From assembly GCA_964653195.1 (NCBI GenBank), contig CAZZCX010000004.1:173-64172 (forward strand): a DNA stretch of 64,000 bases. The letters are read 5' to 3'. The stretch comes from an uncultured Gammaproteobacteria bacterium. GTDB lineage: Bacteria; Patescibacteriota; Microgenomatia; Levybacterales; UBA12049. The notes under the pieces were generated by a model. The model was not told where the DNA came from and did not search any database. It worked only from the letters and a program-made list of their open reading frames with translations. This document shows, piece by piece, positions 30,191 through 41,218 of this stretch; within the stretch, counting starts at the first letter, position 1, and each line of letters begins with the position of its first letter. A program made the translations under genes and the position numbers.

Positions 30191-31930
30191 ATGCCTCAAA
30201 ATATCATCCAAAGGGGAGCAAATTTAATTTTAAAAAGGCAAACAAATATTCTTTCAGCGGCCTATATCATAATGGCTACTGTAGTTTTTTCACAAATATT
30301 GGGAGTTGTGAGACAAAGATTGCTTGCTTCAATTTTCAGTGTTTCAAATACCCTGGGTATATATGACTACTCTACACTACTTCCTGAAACACTATTTCAG
30401 CTTACAATAACCGCAGCTTTGTCTAGCGCATTTATACCAGTTTTTTCTGAATATTTAGCAAAAGATAAAGAAAAGGAAGGACACATAATGGCATCAACGC
30501 TACTGTCTTTAGGTATGTTTATTTTCGCCATAATCTCAATAATACTTGGAGTTTTCGCACCTTTCTTTTTAAGTTTCTTTAATCAAGGCGGACAATTTAC
30601 AGCTTCTCAAATGTCACTTATGGCCAATTTAATGCGCGTATTCACCATCGGACAACTCCTTTTTATAATAGGAACATTTATCTCGGCATTCTTACAATCA
30701 TATAATCATTTTTTTATCTCTGGTATTGCTGCAGCTTTATATAACCTAGGTACCATAATAGGAGTTTTATCTCTTTCGTCTACAATTGGAATTTATTCAG
30801 CACCCGTAGGAAATATTATTGGTGCTGTGATTTATATACTTGTCCAAATACCCTTAGCCAGAAAAGTAGGGTTTTCTTTCATACCTTCAACGCGTTATAT
30901 ATTTTCGGAAGGTATAAAAAGAATCGGTATTCTTATGTGGCCTCGGACAATTTCTTTAATTATTTTTCAGGCTGGAACACTTATTCTCGCTTCTTTCATA
31001 TCTTTTCTGGGAGATCCCGGGAGAATGTATGTTATTTATAATTTCGCTAAAACTCTTGCATTTGCACCTGTCGCACTTTTCGGAGCGAGTATCGCACAAG
31101 CTGCTTTTCCTGTGCTCTCAAGAGAAAAAAATAATCCTGAAGAGTTTAAGGCTACATTTATGACAAGCTTTAACCAGATCCTCTATATCATTCTTCCCAT
31201 CGCAGTACTTATACTTATCCTTCGTGTACCATTAGTCAGATTCGCATATGGAGCTGACAAGGTAGACTGGGATGCTACAGTCGCAATCGGTAGAACAGTC
31301 GCATACTTCACTATAGCTATTGCAGCGCAAGCTTTGATCAACTTGGTGTCCCGAGCGTTTTATGCTTTGCATGACACTAAATCTCCGCTTATCATCGGCG
31401 CTTTAACTACTATCATCATGCTTGTAATTGCATATGTTTCTATTCTCATTTATCAAACAGGGTTACAAGAATTTGCACTACCTTATTCATTTTTCGAGGG
31501 CGTTACTTCAGGCAGTATAAATTTTAATTTCGGTACAGACGGAATTGCTTTTGCATATTCTATGGGTAGTTTACTGAATTTAGTTATACTGCTTGTAATC
31601 CTAGACAATAAGACTGGTGGATTTCATCGTAAAAAACAAATTAAAACATTTCTAAAAGTAGGCGTAGCTTCTCTTTTAATGGCTTTTGCATTATATATAC
31701 CAATAAAACTACTAGATCAGTTAGTTTTTGATACAACTCGCACAATAAATCTTATTTTTCTAACAGGAATATCAAGCGCTATTGGCTTGTCTCTTTACCT
31801 TTTACTTACCTGGTTATTTGATGTTAAAGAAGCAAAAACATATCTGCTCATTTTCAAAAAACTCGGCAACTGGAAAGAGATACTTGGAATATCAGATGAA
31901 ACCATCGATGGTACAAGGGTAAATCCATAA
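30191..31930 (+). CDS. murJ: Lipid II flippase MurJ (MviN family)
   Basis: 579 aa with about 14 TM segments and the conserved MurJ/MviN N-terminal region 'LASIFSVSNTLGIYDY..FIPVFSEY'. Confidence 0.8.
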   Translation: MPQNIIQRGANLILKRQTNILSAAYIIMATVVFSQILGVVRQRLLASIFSVSNTLGIYDYSTLLPETLFQLTITAALSSAFIPVFSEYLAKDKEKEGHIMASTLLSLGMFIFAIISIILGVFAPFFLSFFNQGGQFTASQMSLMANLMRVFTIGQLLFIIGTFISAFLQSYNHFFISGIAAALYNLGTIIGVLSLSSTIGIYSAPVGNIIGAVIYILVQIPLARKVGFSFIPSTRYIFSEGIKRIGILMWPRTISLIIFQAGTLILASFISFLGDPGRMYVIYNFAKTLAFAPVALFGASIAQAAFPVLSREKNNPEEFKATFMTSFNQILYIILPIAVLILILRVPLVRFAYGADKVDWDATVAIGRTVAYFTIAIAAQALINLVSRAFYALHDTKSPLIIGALTTIIMLVIAYVSILIYQTGLQEFALPYSFFEGVTSGSINFNFGTDGIAFAYSMGSLLNLVILLVILDNKTGGFHRKKQIKTFLKVGVASLLMAFALYIPIKLLDQLVFDTTRTINLIFLTGISSAIGLSLYLLLTWLFDVKEAKTYLLIFKKLGNWKEILGISDETIDGTRVNP

Positions 31931-31931
31931 T

Positions 31932-32579
31932 ATGATTACACACGCTTTAATTTTATGCGGTTTTTCATATAGAAAAAATAATTACAACAGCTTAATTCAA
32001 ACCGCACCACATAATTGGAAATTTCACGAATTTAATTACTTCGATGTATTAACCTCAAGCAGCAATAATCGCTTTTCAGAGGGAATAAAAAAATATCTTA
32101 ATAACCTAAATATTAATAAGGTCACGATAATTGCGCATTCACTTGGCGGTGCATATGCAATCGATTTTGCATATCACCATCCTGAAATGGTGAAAAATAT
32201 ATATTTATTAAATACTGTCGGTATAAAACATAAATATTTATTATTCAAATTCATACAACTCTCAATAAAAAACAAAAGGAATAATTTCAGCAAGCATTTC
32301 ATTGATGATATCAAGGGATTATCCAGTATTCTTAAAACGCCTGTTAGGCATCTAAGACTACTTAAATACGTAGAGGGAATGAATCTTGAAGTTAGAGCTG
32401 CGAAAATCAAAGCTAATACTACATTAATTTGGGGTGAAGATGATTATCTACTACCATTAAGTGATGCGAAAAAGTTAAACAATCTGATAAAAAACTCAAA
32501 GCTAATTACATTAAAAAATACTGGCCATGACTGGCCCCTTTACTCCCCAGAATTATTTTGGAAGAACACGGAGGATTAA
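31932..32579 (+). CDS. Alpha/beta-fold hydrolase
   Basis: GxSxG nucleophile elbow 'IIAHSLGGAY' and C-terminal 'GHDWP' His region; 215 aa. Confidence 0.65.
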   Translation: MITHALILCGFSYRKNNYNSLIQTAPHNWKFHEFNYFDVLTSSSNNRFSEGIKKYLNNLNINKVTIIAHSLGGAYAIDFAYHHPEMVKNIYLLNTVGIKHKYLLFKFIQLSIKNKRNNFSKHFIDDIKGLSSILKTPVRHLRLLKYVEGMNLEVRAAKIKANTTLIWGEDDYLLPLSDAKKLNNLIKNSKLITLKNTGHDWPLYSPELFWKNTED

Positions 32580-32673
32580 TCTATTCTTATCACGTTTTTC
32601 AGGAAAATAAGCACAAAAAAACCGCTACTCACGGTTTGTGTATTGAACCATTTACCTTTAACTATTTACCACT

Positions 32674-34347
<1,674 letters not shown>

Positions 34348-34437
34348 TCAGTCAAAATTAAAGATTAGAAATAAAAACTCAGATATATTTTTGATTTTTG
34401 ATCTGTATTTTTGAGATCTGATCTTTGATTTATTATT

Positions 34438-34737
34438 TTACAAAACTATTGCTAGTAAATCTGATTGTTTTACTAATTTCCACTCTTCATTATTTACCTT
34501 AACTTCATTTCCGCCCCATTTGGTATACATAACTTTCATACCTACTTTTACTATCATTGCTGTTTTTTTGCCATCTTCATTTACAGCACCTTCACCTACT
34601 GCCATAACTTCGCCAACTTGTGGTTTTTCTTTTGCTGTTTCGGGTAGATAAATTCCGCTTTTTGTTTTTACTTCGGCATCTACTGGTCTTACTAAGATAT
34701 TATCAAATAATGGTTTTATGTTAAATTTGCTTGCCAT
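34438..34737 (-). CDS. groS: Co-chaperonin GroES (Cpn10)
   Basis: 99 aa, 'IKPLFDNILVRPVDAEVKTKSGIYLPE' is canonical GroES. It lies upstream of groEL on the same strand. Confidence 0.9.
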   Translation of the reverse strand: MASKFNIKPLFDNILVRPVDAEVKTKSGIYLPETAKEKPQVGEVMAVGEGAVNEDGKKTAMIVKVGMKVMYTKWGGNEVKVNNEEWKLVKQSDLLAIVL

Positions 34738-35042
34738 AATAAGCTTTTTTGATTATTTAATCACTTGCAAAGTATCACTGCTAATTTATACAATATGAGG
34801 GACGTTGCTGTCAATAACCTATAGTCAAATAGTTTAATTACTTCTGCTAGTTATCAGTTTTATTAAAAAATTACTTTTAAAATAATTTTATACATATATA
34901 ATAGTAAGCTTTAATGTGTTAAATGTATTCTCAATTTTTAACTTAAAATATCAATAATAAACATTGTACTTCTCTATACTTGACATTCTCATCTGTTCTT
35001 CTATACGATTAAAATACAAATTAAATTTGTCTAATTCATAAT

Positions 35043-36206
35043 ATGAACGTCACACGAAAACGAATACTTCTTTTCGGTTTTATCGCAGCCATGCTCGTAG
35101 GTATACCTCTAACGCTGTATGGTTTAAGTACTCAACAAGAAACAAGACAACAGGCAGAAAAAGCGACAATATTGACATTTCTTCCTGAATCATCAGAGGA
35201 TACACCAATAAGTAAAGCATTAAATGAAGAATTTCCACTTGAAGTAAGTGTCGACCCTGGAACAAACCTTGTTTCATTTCTTAAATTGGAAATTCAGTAT
35301 GATGAAACGAAGCTGGCCACATCTGAAGCAGATGGAGGTTTTGTAGTTAATGAAGCTGCATTTCCAGTTACTCTGGAAGGTCCGGTATTTTCAACAGGTA
35401 AAATCCAGGTTACTTTGTCTGTCGGATCTGATCCTACCAATGCAATACAGCAAGTGACTAAAGCGCTTACTATAAAGTTTAAAGCATTAGCTGACACAGG
35501 AGAGACGCCTACAAATATAACCTTCGGCAATAGCACAGAAGTTCTATCAATCGGTAGCAATGATCAGGCCAGTGAAAATGTTTTATTGAACGTTAATCCA
35601 GCGCTGGTTTTGATTGGTCAATCAAGTACAACTATTACCCCAATCTCAGTCACACCTACACATACACCAGTACCTACAAATACTACCGCTCCAACACAAG
35701 CAACACAACCAACTTCTATACCACCAACTGCTGGTCCAACAGGAACGAATGAATCACCGGTTTGTACTGCACTAAATATTGATCGGGAAAATACTGGTTC
35801 TGCTCCTTATTCAGTAACGTTTACCGCTGTAGGAGATGATTCCGACGGAACAATCAGTAAAGTTACTTTTAATTATGGTGATGGTCCAGTAGAAAATGTA
35901 ACTGAAACAGGCGGTATAGGAACCAATAGCGTGAGTGTCCAACGAGCGCATACATATACCAATCCCGGAACTTATTCAGCATCGGCGATAATAACAGATA
36001 ATTCACAAGGAGTAAGTGATGCAAATGCATGTAAGGTGACTATCACTATCTTACCTGCTCCAACAACTGGAGGAAACGGTGGAGGATTAACTATAGCCCC
36101 ATCAGCTACTATCTCTGATCCAGGTCCAGGTGATGTAATCCTGGGAATGGGCGGAGTAGCACTTCTATTTGTAGTCATAGGTGGTATCCTTTTCTTCGCC
36201 CTATAG
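35043..36206 (+). CDS. Cell-surface protein with PKD-like domain, Thr/Pro-rich linker and C-terminal TM anchor
   Basis: N-terminal signal/anchor helix; 'TPTHTPVPTNTTAPTQATQPTSIPPTAGPTG' linker; PKD-like 'TFNYGDGPVEN...AHTYTNPGTYSASAIITDNSQG'; C-terminal hydrophobic 'GGVALLFVVIGGILFFAL'. Confidence 0.6.
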   Translation: MNVTRKRILLFGFIAAMLVGIPLTLYGLSTQQETRQQAEKATILTFLPESSEDTPISKALNEEFPLEVSVDPGTNLVSFLKLEIQYDETKLATSEADGGFVVNEAAFPVTLEGPVFSTGKIQVTLSVGSDPTNAIQQVTKALTIKFKALADTGETPTNITFGNSTEVLSIGSNDQASENVLLNVNPALVLIGQSSTTITPISVTPTHTPVPTNTTAPTQATQPTSIPPTAGPTGTNESPVCTALNIDRENTGSAPYSVTFTAVGDDSDGTISKVTFNYGDGPVENVTETGGIGTNSVSVQRAHTYTNPGTYSASAIITDNSQGVSDANACKVTITILPAPTTGGNGGGLTIAPSATISDPGPGDVILGMGGVALLFVVIGGILFFAL

Positions 36207-36542
36207 AACCTAATTGACCCGAATGTAAATAGTCCGAATAGATTCTAATACTTCTTGCACTTTTATGAAGAACATTAAGTTTGATCTCTTTCTACTTTTG
36301 ACAGCAAAAGTAGTCAAAACTGGTGATGCTTGTGAACGGTCGACTAGACACATTCGCTCACTTATCGGGTGATAACACCCCCTCCACCATAAAAGTGGGT
36401 TCCCCCTGATGCTTTCGCTCATGTGTCTTTTTCCTTTGGAAAACCGTCGCTGCGTTCAAAGCTCACGAAATGGGTGAACATTGAAACAAAGCGCGTATAG
36501 CAGTATCGAATTGAACCATTTACGTCACTACTTATGGTGAAT
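36207..36542. other. GC-enriched structured intergenic region between convergent genes (candidate ncRNA or 3'-UTR structure)
   Basis: Perfect 9-bp hairpin ctacttttg-acag-caaaagtag (36291-36312). Nested helices gacacat...atgtgtc + TTTTT (36347-36432) enclose gggtg-ataa-caccc and ccac-cataaaa-gtgg hairpins. Composition differs from the flanking AT-rich DNA. Confidence 0.35.
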
Positions 36543-38285
36543 TTATTTCTCCATCATGGAAAATAAGGCTTCTTGGGGTAAATGAATTTTTCCTGTAGCT
36601 ATCATTTTCTTTTTGCCTTTCTTCTGTGCTTCAAGAAGTTTATCTTTCCTCGTCCTATCTCCTCCTGACATTTTTTGCAAAACATCTTTTCTAAAAGGGG
36701 AGATTTCTACTCTTGCTACAATATTATTATCTACACTTGCCTGTATTATTTGCCGAAATTGCTGACGAGGAAGGCTTTCTTTAAGTTTTTCTGTTTTTTG
36801 TCTTGCAAGATACATTGCTTCATCTCTATAGACCAGTTCTGATAGAACATCTATTGGATTGGTATTTATGAGAATTTGTAGCATAACTAGATTTGCAGAC
36901 TTATAATCAGTAAGTTCATAATCAATACTTGCATAACCAGACGTCACTGATTTCAATTCAGCTGAAATTCCCCGAATAAACATACTATATGGCATTTCGT
37001 AAGTTAATACTGAATACGCTTGGTGATACTGCATATCGATTAAATCACCTTTGTGCTTTTGACAAACAGACATCACTCCTCCTACATATTCTTTCGGACT
37101 ATAAATAGAAAGCATCATATATGGTTCAAGAAGAGAGCCATCCTCTTTTTTTTCATATAATACCTGAGGCATTGTTAAAAGAAGTTCAAGATTGAACTCC
37201 TGAAATAATCTCTCCTTCACAATATCTGCATGAAGTAAGCCCAAAAAACCCACTCGGAAACCACTACCTAAATATGCTGAATATTCTTCTGAATACGTAA
37301 GCGCGGTATCGTTTAAAACAAGCTTCCCTAAAGAATCACGTAATTTTGGAAAATCATCTTGATTTCTAGGATAAAGGCCAAAGAAAACCATGGGTTTTGG
37401 AATTTTATAACCGGGCAAAGGTTGGATATTTGATTTTTGATTTTTGATGTTTTGAATCGTTAAGGTGTCCCCGACTCTTGCATGTCTTATGTCTTTTATA
37501 CCGGTTATGATATAACCAATTTCCCCAGCTCTAAGTACATCTGTTTTTATAAGGTAAGGTGAGAAAAAACCGACTTCGGTTACGACGGATTTTTTATCAT
37601 TTTGGTAAAGCATCACTTCATCACCGGTTTTTACTTCTCCATCAAATATTCGAACATAAGTAACAACTCCCCTATACTCGTCGTAGACAGCATCAAAAAT
37701 TAAAGCGCGTAGAGTATCATATTCCACTTTTTTTGGCGGAGGAAGTTTATTGACTATAAGCTCCAAAAGCTTATCTACGTTTTCACCTGTTTTTGCAGAA
37801 ATTGAAAGTATTTCTTCATCCTTAAATCCAAATGACTCTACTAATTCTTTTTTTACAATATCAGTTTGTGCATTTGGCAAATCTATCTTATTTAAGACAG
37901 GAATCATCGTAAGACCTTCCTTTTTCGCAGCATAAAAATGGGCTACTGTCTGGGCTTGTATTCCTTGTGTAGCATCTACCAATATGACCGCACCTTCACA
38001 TGCTGCAAGGGTACGCGACACTTCATAAGAGAAATCTACATGACCGGGAGTGTCTATCAAATTCAGAAGATAATGTTCATTGTCCAAAACATAATTCATA
38101 CGTACTGGAGCAAGCTTTATAGTAATCCCACGCTCACGACTAATAGGATTCTGATCCAGAAATTGCTCCTGCATCTTATCCATACTTATAGTTTTTGTAA
38201 TTTCTAAAAGCCTATCAGACAGAGTCGATTTACCATGATCTATATGAGCTATTATGGCAAAGTTCCTTATATTAGATATATTCAT
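36543..38285 (-). CDS. lepA: Translation elongation factor 4 (LepA)
   Basis: 'NFAIIAHIDHGKSTLSDRLL' G1 motif, 580 aa, LepA-specific C-terminal domain. Confidence 0.9.
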   Translation of the reverse strand: MNISNIRNFAIIAHIDHGKSTLSDRLLEITKTISMDKMQEQFLDQNPISRERGITIKLAPVRMNYVLDNEHYLLNLIDTPGHVDFSYEVSRTLAACEGAVILVDATQGIQAQTVAHFYAAKKEGLTMIPVLNKIDLPNAQTDIVKKELVESFGFKDEEILSISAKTGENVDKLLELIVNKLPPPKKVEYDTLRALIFDAVYDEYRGVVTYVRIFDGEVKTGDEVMLYQNDKKSVVTEVGFFSPYLIKTDVLRAGEIGYIITGIKDIRHARVGDTLTIQNIKNQKSNIQPLPGYKIPKPMVFFGLYPRNQDDFPKLRDSLGKLVLNDTALTYSEEYSAYLGSGFRVGFLGLLHADIVKERLFQEFNLELLLTMPQVLYEKKEDGSLLEPYMMLSIYSPKEYVGGVMSVCQKHKGDLIDMQYHQAYSVLTYEMPYSMFIRGISAELKSVTSGYASIDYELTDYKSANLVMLQILINTNPIDVLSELVYRDEAMYLARQKTEKLKESLPRQQFRQIIQASVDNNIVARVEISPFRKDVLQKMSGGDRTRKDKLLEAQKKGKKKMIATGKIHLPQEALFSMMEK

Positions 38286-38431
38286 ATTGCATAGTTACTT
38301 TTACAGACCACCAAGTAACACAATTGCAAGAATCAGTGTCGATAAATTTTCATTAAAAGCAAATTTGCGATTACTATGCTGATTCATGCTCACCATTGTA
38401 CCCTAAATCCAATAAATCCGGCAATTATAAT

Positions 38432-39229
38432 CTAACGATGAACTATTTCTTGCAGTTTTTTATGAAGAATAGGTGCACCAAAACACCAAGTGTAATTCTG
38501 ACTCATCTTATTTAAAGGATCAGAATAATCCATAGGCTTACCGAAATAATCAGTATAGACTCCCCCTGCTTCTTCGATTATTATTTGCTGACCGACATTA
38601 TCCCAAATTTTATTTGTTCTATTAAGGTAAGCACCATACTTACCTTTCGCAACCAAAACAGTATCATATACACTGCCTGCATCTCTTAAATTTCTAATTC
38701 CCAGAATAATGTCAGCCAACTTTTTACACTCATCTAACGTTAGACTAGGTTCTTCTTGATGACCATCAATACCGTAACCTATTAAAGCTGACATAAGATT
38801 AGTTTCTTTTGTAACAAATATTTTCTCGCTGTTGCAATATGCTCCATATCCTTTCTCTGCAATAATTGTTTCGCTAAATGAAGGCAAGGAAATCCCGCCA
38901 GCCATCGACTTTTCTCTATATAACAATCCTATAATAGTACCAAACAATGGAACTCCTGCGGCAAAGTTGCTCGTTCCGTCAATAGGATCTACTACCCATG
39001 TGTATTCAGAAGAGTTATCTACGACGCCTGCTTCCTCGTCGATAATATTAAAGGTAGGAAATTGCTGCTTAATACGCTCGACAATATATTTTCCAATCTC
39101 GATATCTGCATTTGTCAGAACTTGATTATTATCACCTGTTTTTACAGACCCCGATACTTTACCAAAATACGAAAGTGCAATTTCTGAAGTCTTTTCAAGT
39201 ACCTCTTCCAAAAAAACTTTGTATTCCAT
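38432..39229 (-). CDS. Inositol monophosphatase / FBPase-family phosphatase (SuhB-like)
   Basis: 'WVVDPIDGTSNFAAG' metal-binding motif and 'EEAGG' motif. Confidence 0.8.
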   Translation of the reverse strand: MEYKVFLEEVLEKTSEIALSYFGKVSGSVKTGDNNQVLTNADIEIGKYIVERIKQQFPTFNIIDEEAGVVDNSSEYTWVVDPIDGTSNFAAGVPLFGTIIGLLYREKSMAGGISLPSFSETIIAEKGYGAYCNSEKIFVTKETNLMSALIGYGIDGHQEEPSLTLDECKKLADIILGIRNLRDAGSVYDTVLVAKGKYGAYLNRTNKIWDNVGQQIIIEEAGGVYTDYFGKPMDYSDPLNKMSQNYTWCFGAPILHKKLQEIVHR

Positions 39230-39279
39230 TACTAAGTATTATAGCAAACATGAGGCTAATAATCTGCTATAATTAATAT

Positions 39280-41115
39280 ATGATCTCATCTTCAGAAATA
39301 GTCAAAAAATATATAAATTTTTTTAAAAAACAAGGACATACGCAAATTGCTAATTCTCCTCTCGTGCTTCAAAATGATCCAACAACACTCTTCACAAGCT
39401 CTGGCATGCAACCATTGGTACCCTATCTCTTAGGCGAAAAGCATCCTGAGGGTACAAGATTAGTAAATGTACAAAATGCAATCCGCACGCAGGACATTGA
39501 AGAAGTTGGAGACAATAGGCATACCACATTCTTTCGAATGCTTGGCAATTGGTCTTTGGGAGATTATTTCAAAAAAGAAGAAATTCCCTGGCTATGGACA
39601 TTCCTAACAAAAGAGTTAAATTTGCCAAAGGAAAAACTATACATTACTGTCTTTGAAGGAATTGGTGATATTCCTAAAGATATTGAAGCCGTAGAAATTT
39701 GGACTGAAATTCTCAAAAGTGAAGGAATGAACCCTAAGGAAAGAATATATTACTACTCTGATAAAAGTAATTGGTGGTCCCGTTCTGGAATACCGTCTAA
39801 AATGCCTATAGGTGAACCAGGGGGTCCATCAACTGAAGTATTTTATGAATTCTCAAATGTAGCACATGATCTGCGTTTCGGAGCTAAATGCCATCCTAAT
39901 TGTGATTGTGGTCGCTATATGGAAATCGCTAATTCAGTTTTTATGCAATACAAAAAAGTAGAAGATGGATCATTTAAGTCATTACCGAAAAATAATATTG
40001 ATTTCGGAGGTGGACTAGAGCGTATGGCTGCAGCAGTTTATGATACACCAGATGTATTCAATACGGATTTATATCTCCCTATTATAAAATCTTTAGAAGA
40101 ACTAACCGGCAAGTCATATAAAGATCCTAAAAACAAAAATCATATGAGGGTTATTGCAGACCACCTAAAAGCCTCAGTTTATCTTATAATTGACAACGTT
40201 ACTCCATCGCATAAGGAGCATGGTTATATACTCCGCAGACTCATCCGCAGATGCGCAGTTAAAATTCATAGCTTAAATGAAGGCAGTCTTCAAACAAACC
40301 TAATTGATACCCTTATCAAAGAGATTTTGAATCTCGAAGAAGAGGTTGACGAAAAAATCGATAAAAATACCCATTTTACATTGGTAAAAGAAGTAATGAT
40401 TGAGGAGATAAACAGATTCTCTAAAACACTTGTTCGAGGTCTGAAAGAAGTAGAAAAAAATCTAGATAACCTAGAAAACAGTGCATTTGAACTTTATCAG
40501 TCATATGGATTTCCTTTAGAAATATTAAAAGAAATTGCAATAGAAAAAGGCAAAACTTTAAATGATAAGCTTTTCTACGAACAGTTACAAAAACACAAAG
40601 ATTCATCAAGAAGTGCATCTGCCGGAAAATTCCGTGGAGGACTAGCTGACCATCAGGAGAAAACTATCATGGGGCATACCGCTACACACCTTTTACATCA
40701 AGCGATCCGTGACGTATTAGGTGATCACGTTCATCAAACGGGATCCAATATTACGACCGATAGAATACGCTTTGATTTTAACTATGATGAAAAACTAACT
40801 GATGAGCAAATTAATAAAATTGAAAAATTAGTTAATGAAAAGATTACAAAGAATTTACCAGTACACTATGAAATAATTCCTACAGAAAAAGCGAAAAATC
40901 TTGGAGCAATAGGGCTTTTTATGGAAACTTATGGCGACATGTCCAAAATTTATTTCATTGGCGACACTTCAGTTTCTTACAAAAACGCATATTCAATCGA
41001 ATTTTGCGGAGGACCGCATGTCCAAAATACTGATATTCTTAAAAGTTTCAAAATCATGAAACAAGAAAACCTTGGCAAAAACCAAAAGAGACTGTATGCT
41101 ATAGTTGGGTCGTAA
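39280..41115 (+). CDS. alaS: Alanyl-tRNA synthetase, short form (catalytic plus editing domains, no C-Ala domain)
   Basis: 'FTSSGMQPLVPYLLG' and 'MLGNWSLGDYFKKE' class II AlaRS motifs. Editing-domain 'HTATHLLHQAIRDVLG' (HxxxH) and 'CGGPHV'. Only 611 aa. Confidence 0.8.
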   Translation: MISSSEIVKKYINFFKKQGHTQIANSPLVLQNDPTTLFTSSGMQPLVPYLLGEKHPEGTRLVNVQNAIRTQDIEEVGDNRHTTFFRMLGNWSLGDYFKKEEIPWLWTFLTKELNLPKEKLYITVFEGIGDIPKDIEAVEIWTEILKSEGMNPKERIYYYSDKSNWWSRSGIPSKMPIGEPGGPSTEVFYEFSNVAHDLRFGAKCHPNCDCGRYMEIANSVFMQYKKVEDGSFKSLPKNNIDFGGGLERMAAAVYDTPDVFNTDLYLPIIKSLEELTGKSYKDPKNKNHMRVIADHLKASVYLIIDNVTPSHKEHGYILRRLIRRCAVKIHSLNEGSLQTNLIDTLIKEILNLEEEVDEKIDKNTHFTLVKEVMIEEINRFSKTLVRGLKEVEKNLDNLENSAFELYQSYGFPLEILKEIAIEKGKTLNDKLFYEQLQKHKDSSRSASAGKFRGGLADHQEKTIMGHTATHLLHQAIRDVLGDHVHQTGSNITTDRIRFDFNYDEKLTDEQINKIEKLVNEKITKNLPVHYEIIPTEKAKNLGAIGLFMETYGDMSKIYFIGDTSVSYKNAYSIEFCGGPHVQNTDILKSFKIMKQENLGKNQKRLYAIVGS

Positions 41116-41124
41116 ACAATGATA

Positions 41125-41204
41125 CTAAGATATTAAGACATTAAGATATTACGTGATGCATACAAGTTTAACTTAATATCTTTATATCCTAATATCTTAA
41201 TCTC
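41125..41204. repeat. ~80-bp palindromic intergenic element, copy B (upstream of the 41219 gene)
   Basis: ctaagatattaagacattaag ... cttaatatctttatatcctaatatcttaatctc; 18/20 identity in the left arm and about 85% in the right arm versus copy A. Confidence 0.7.
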
Positions 41205-41218
41205 TCTAAAATTAACTT

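Noticed and set aside
34755-34790. A CIRCE (HrcA operator)-like sequence upstream of groES: ttaatcacttgcaaagtatcactgctaa.
   Set aside because: Only a partial match to TTAGCACTC-N9-GAGTGCTAA, and the two halves are not true inverted repeats, so I would not annotate it without further evidence.
36210-36422. A 70-aa ORF on the minus strand inside the GC-rich intergenic region.
   Set aside because: It lies entirely within hairpin-rich sequence and has no start context or motif. The region is more plausibly RNA or structure than coding.
36207-36542. Interpretation of the GC-rich region as tmRNA, RNase P RNA or SRP RNA.
   Set aside because: No tRNA-like acceptor/T-arm ends and no tag reading frame ending in ...LAA. 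The conserved P4 (GGAAAGUCCGG / ACAGAA.CCGGCUUA) and SRP domain IV (GGAAGCAGCC) motifs could not be found on either strand.
37418-37452. Tandem 'tttgattt' repeats, checked as a possible CRISPR-like or mobile repeat. Similar repeats occur at 34385-34430.
   Set aside because: They are short AT-rich low-complexity runs. The first lies inside the lepA coding sequence and the other in the groES-groEL spacer. There are no spacer-repeat periodicity and no cas genes.
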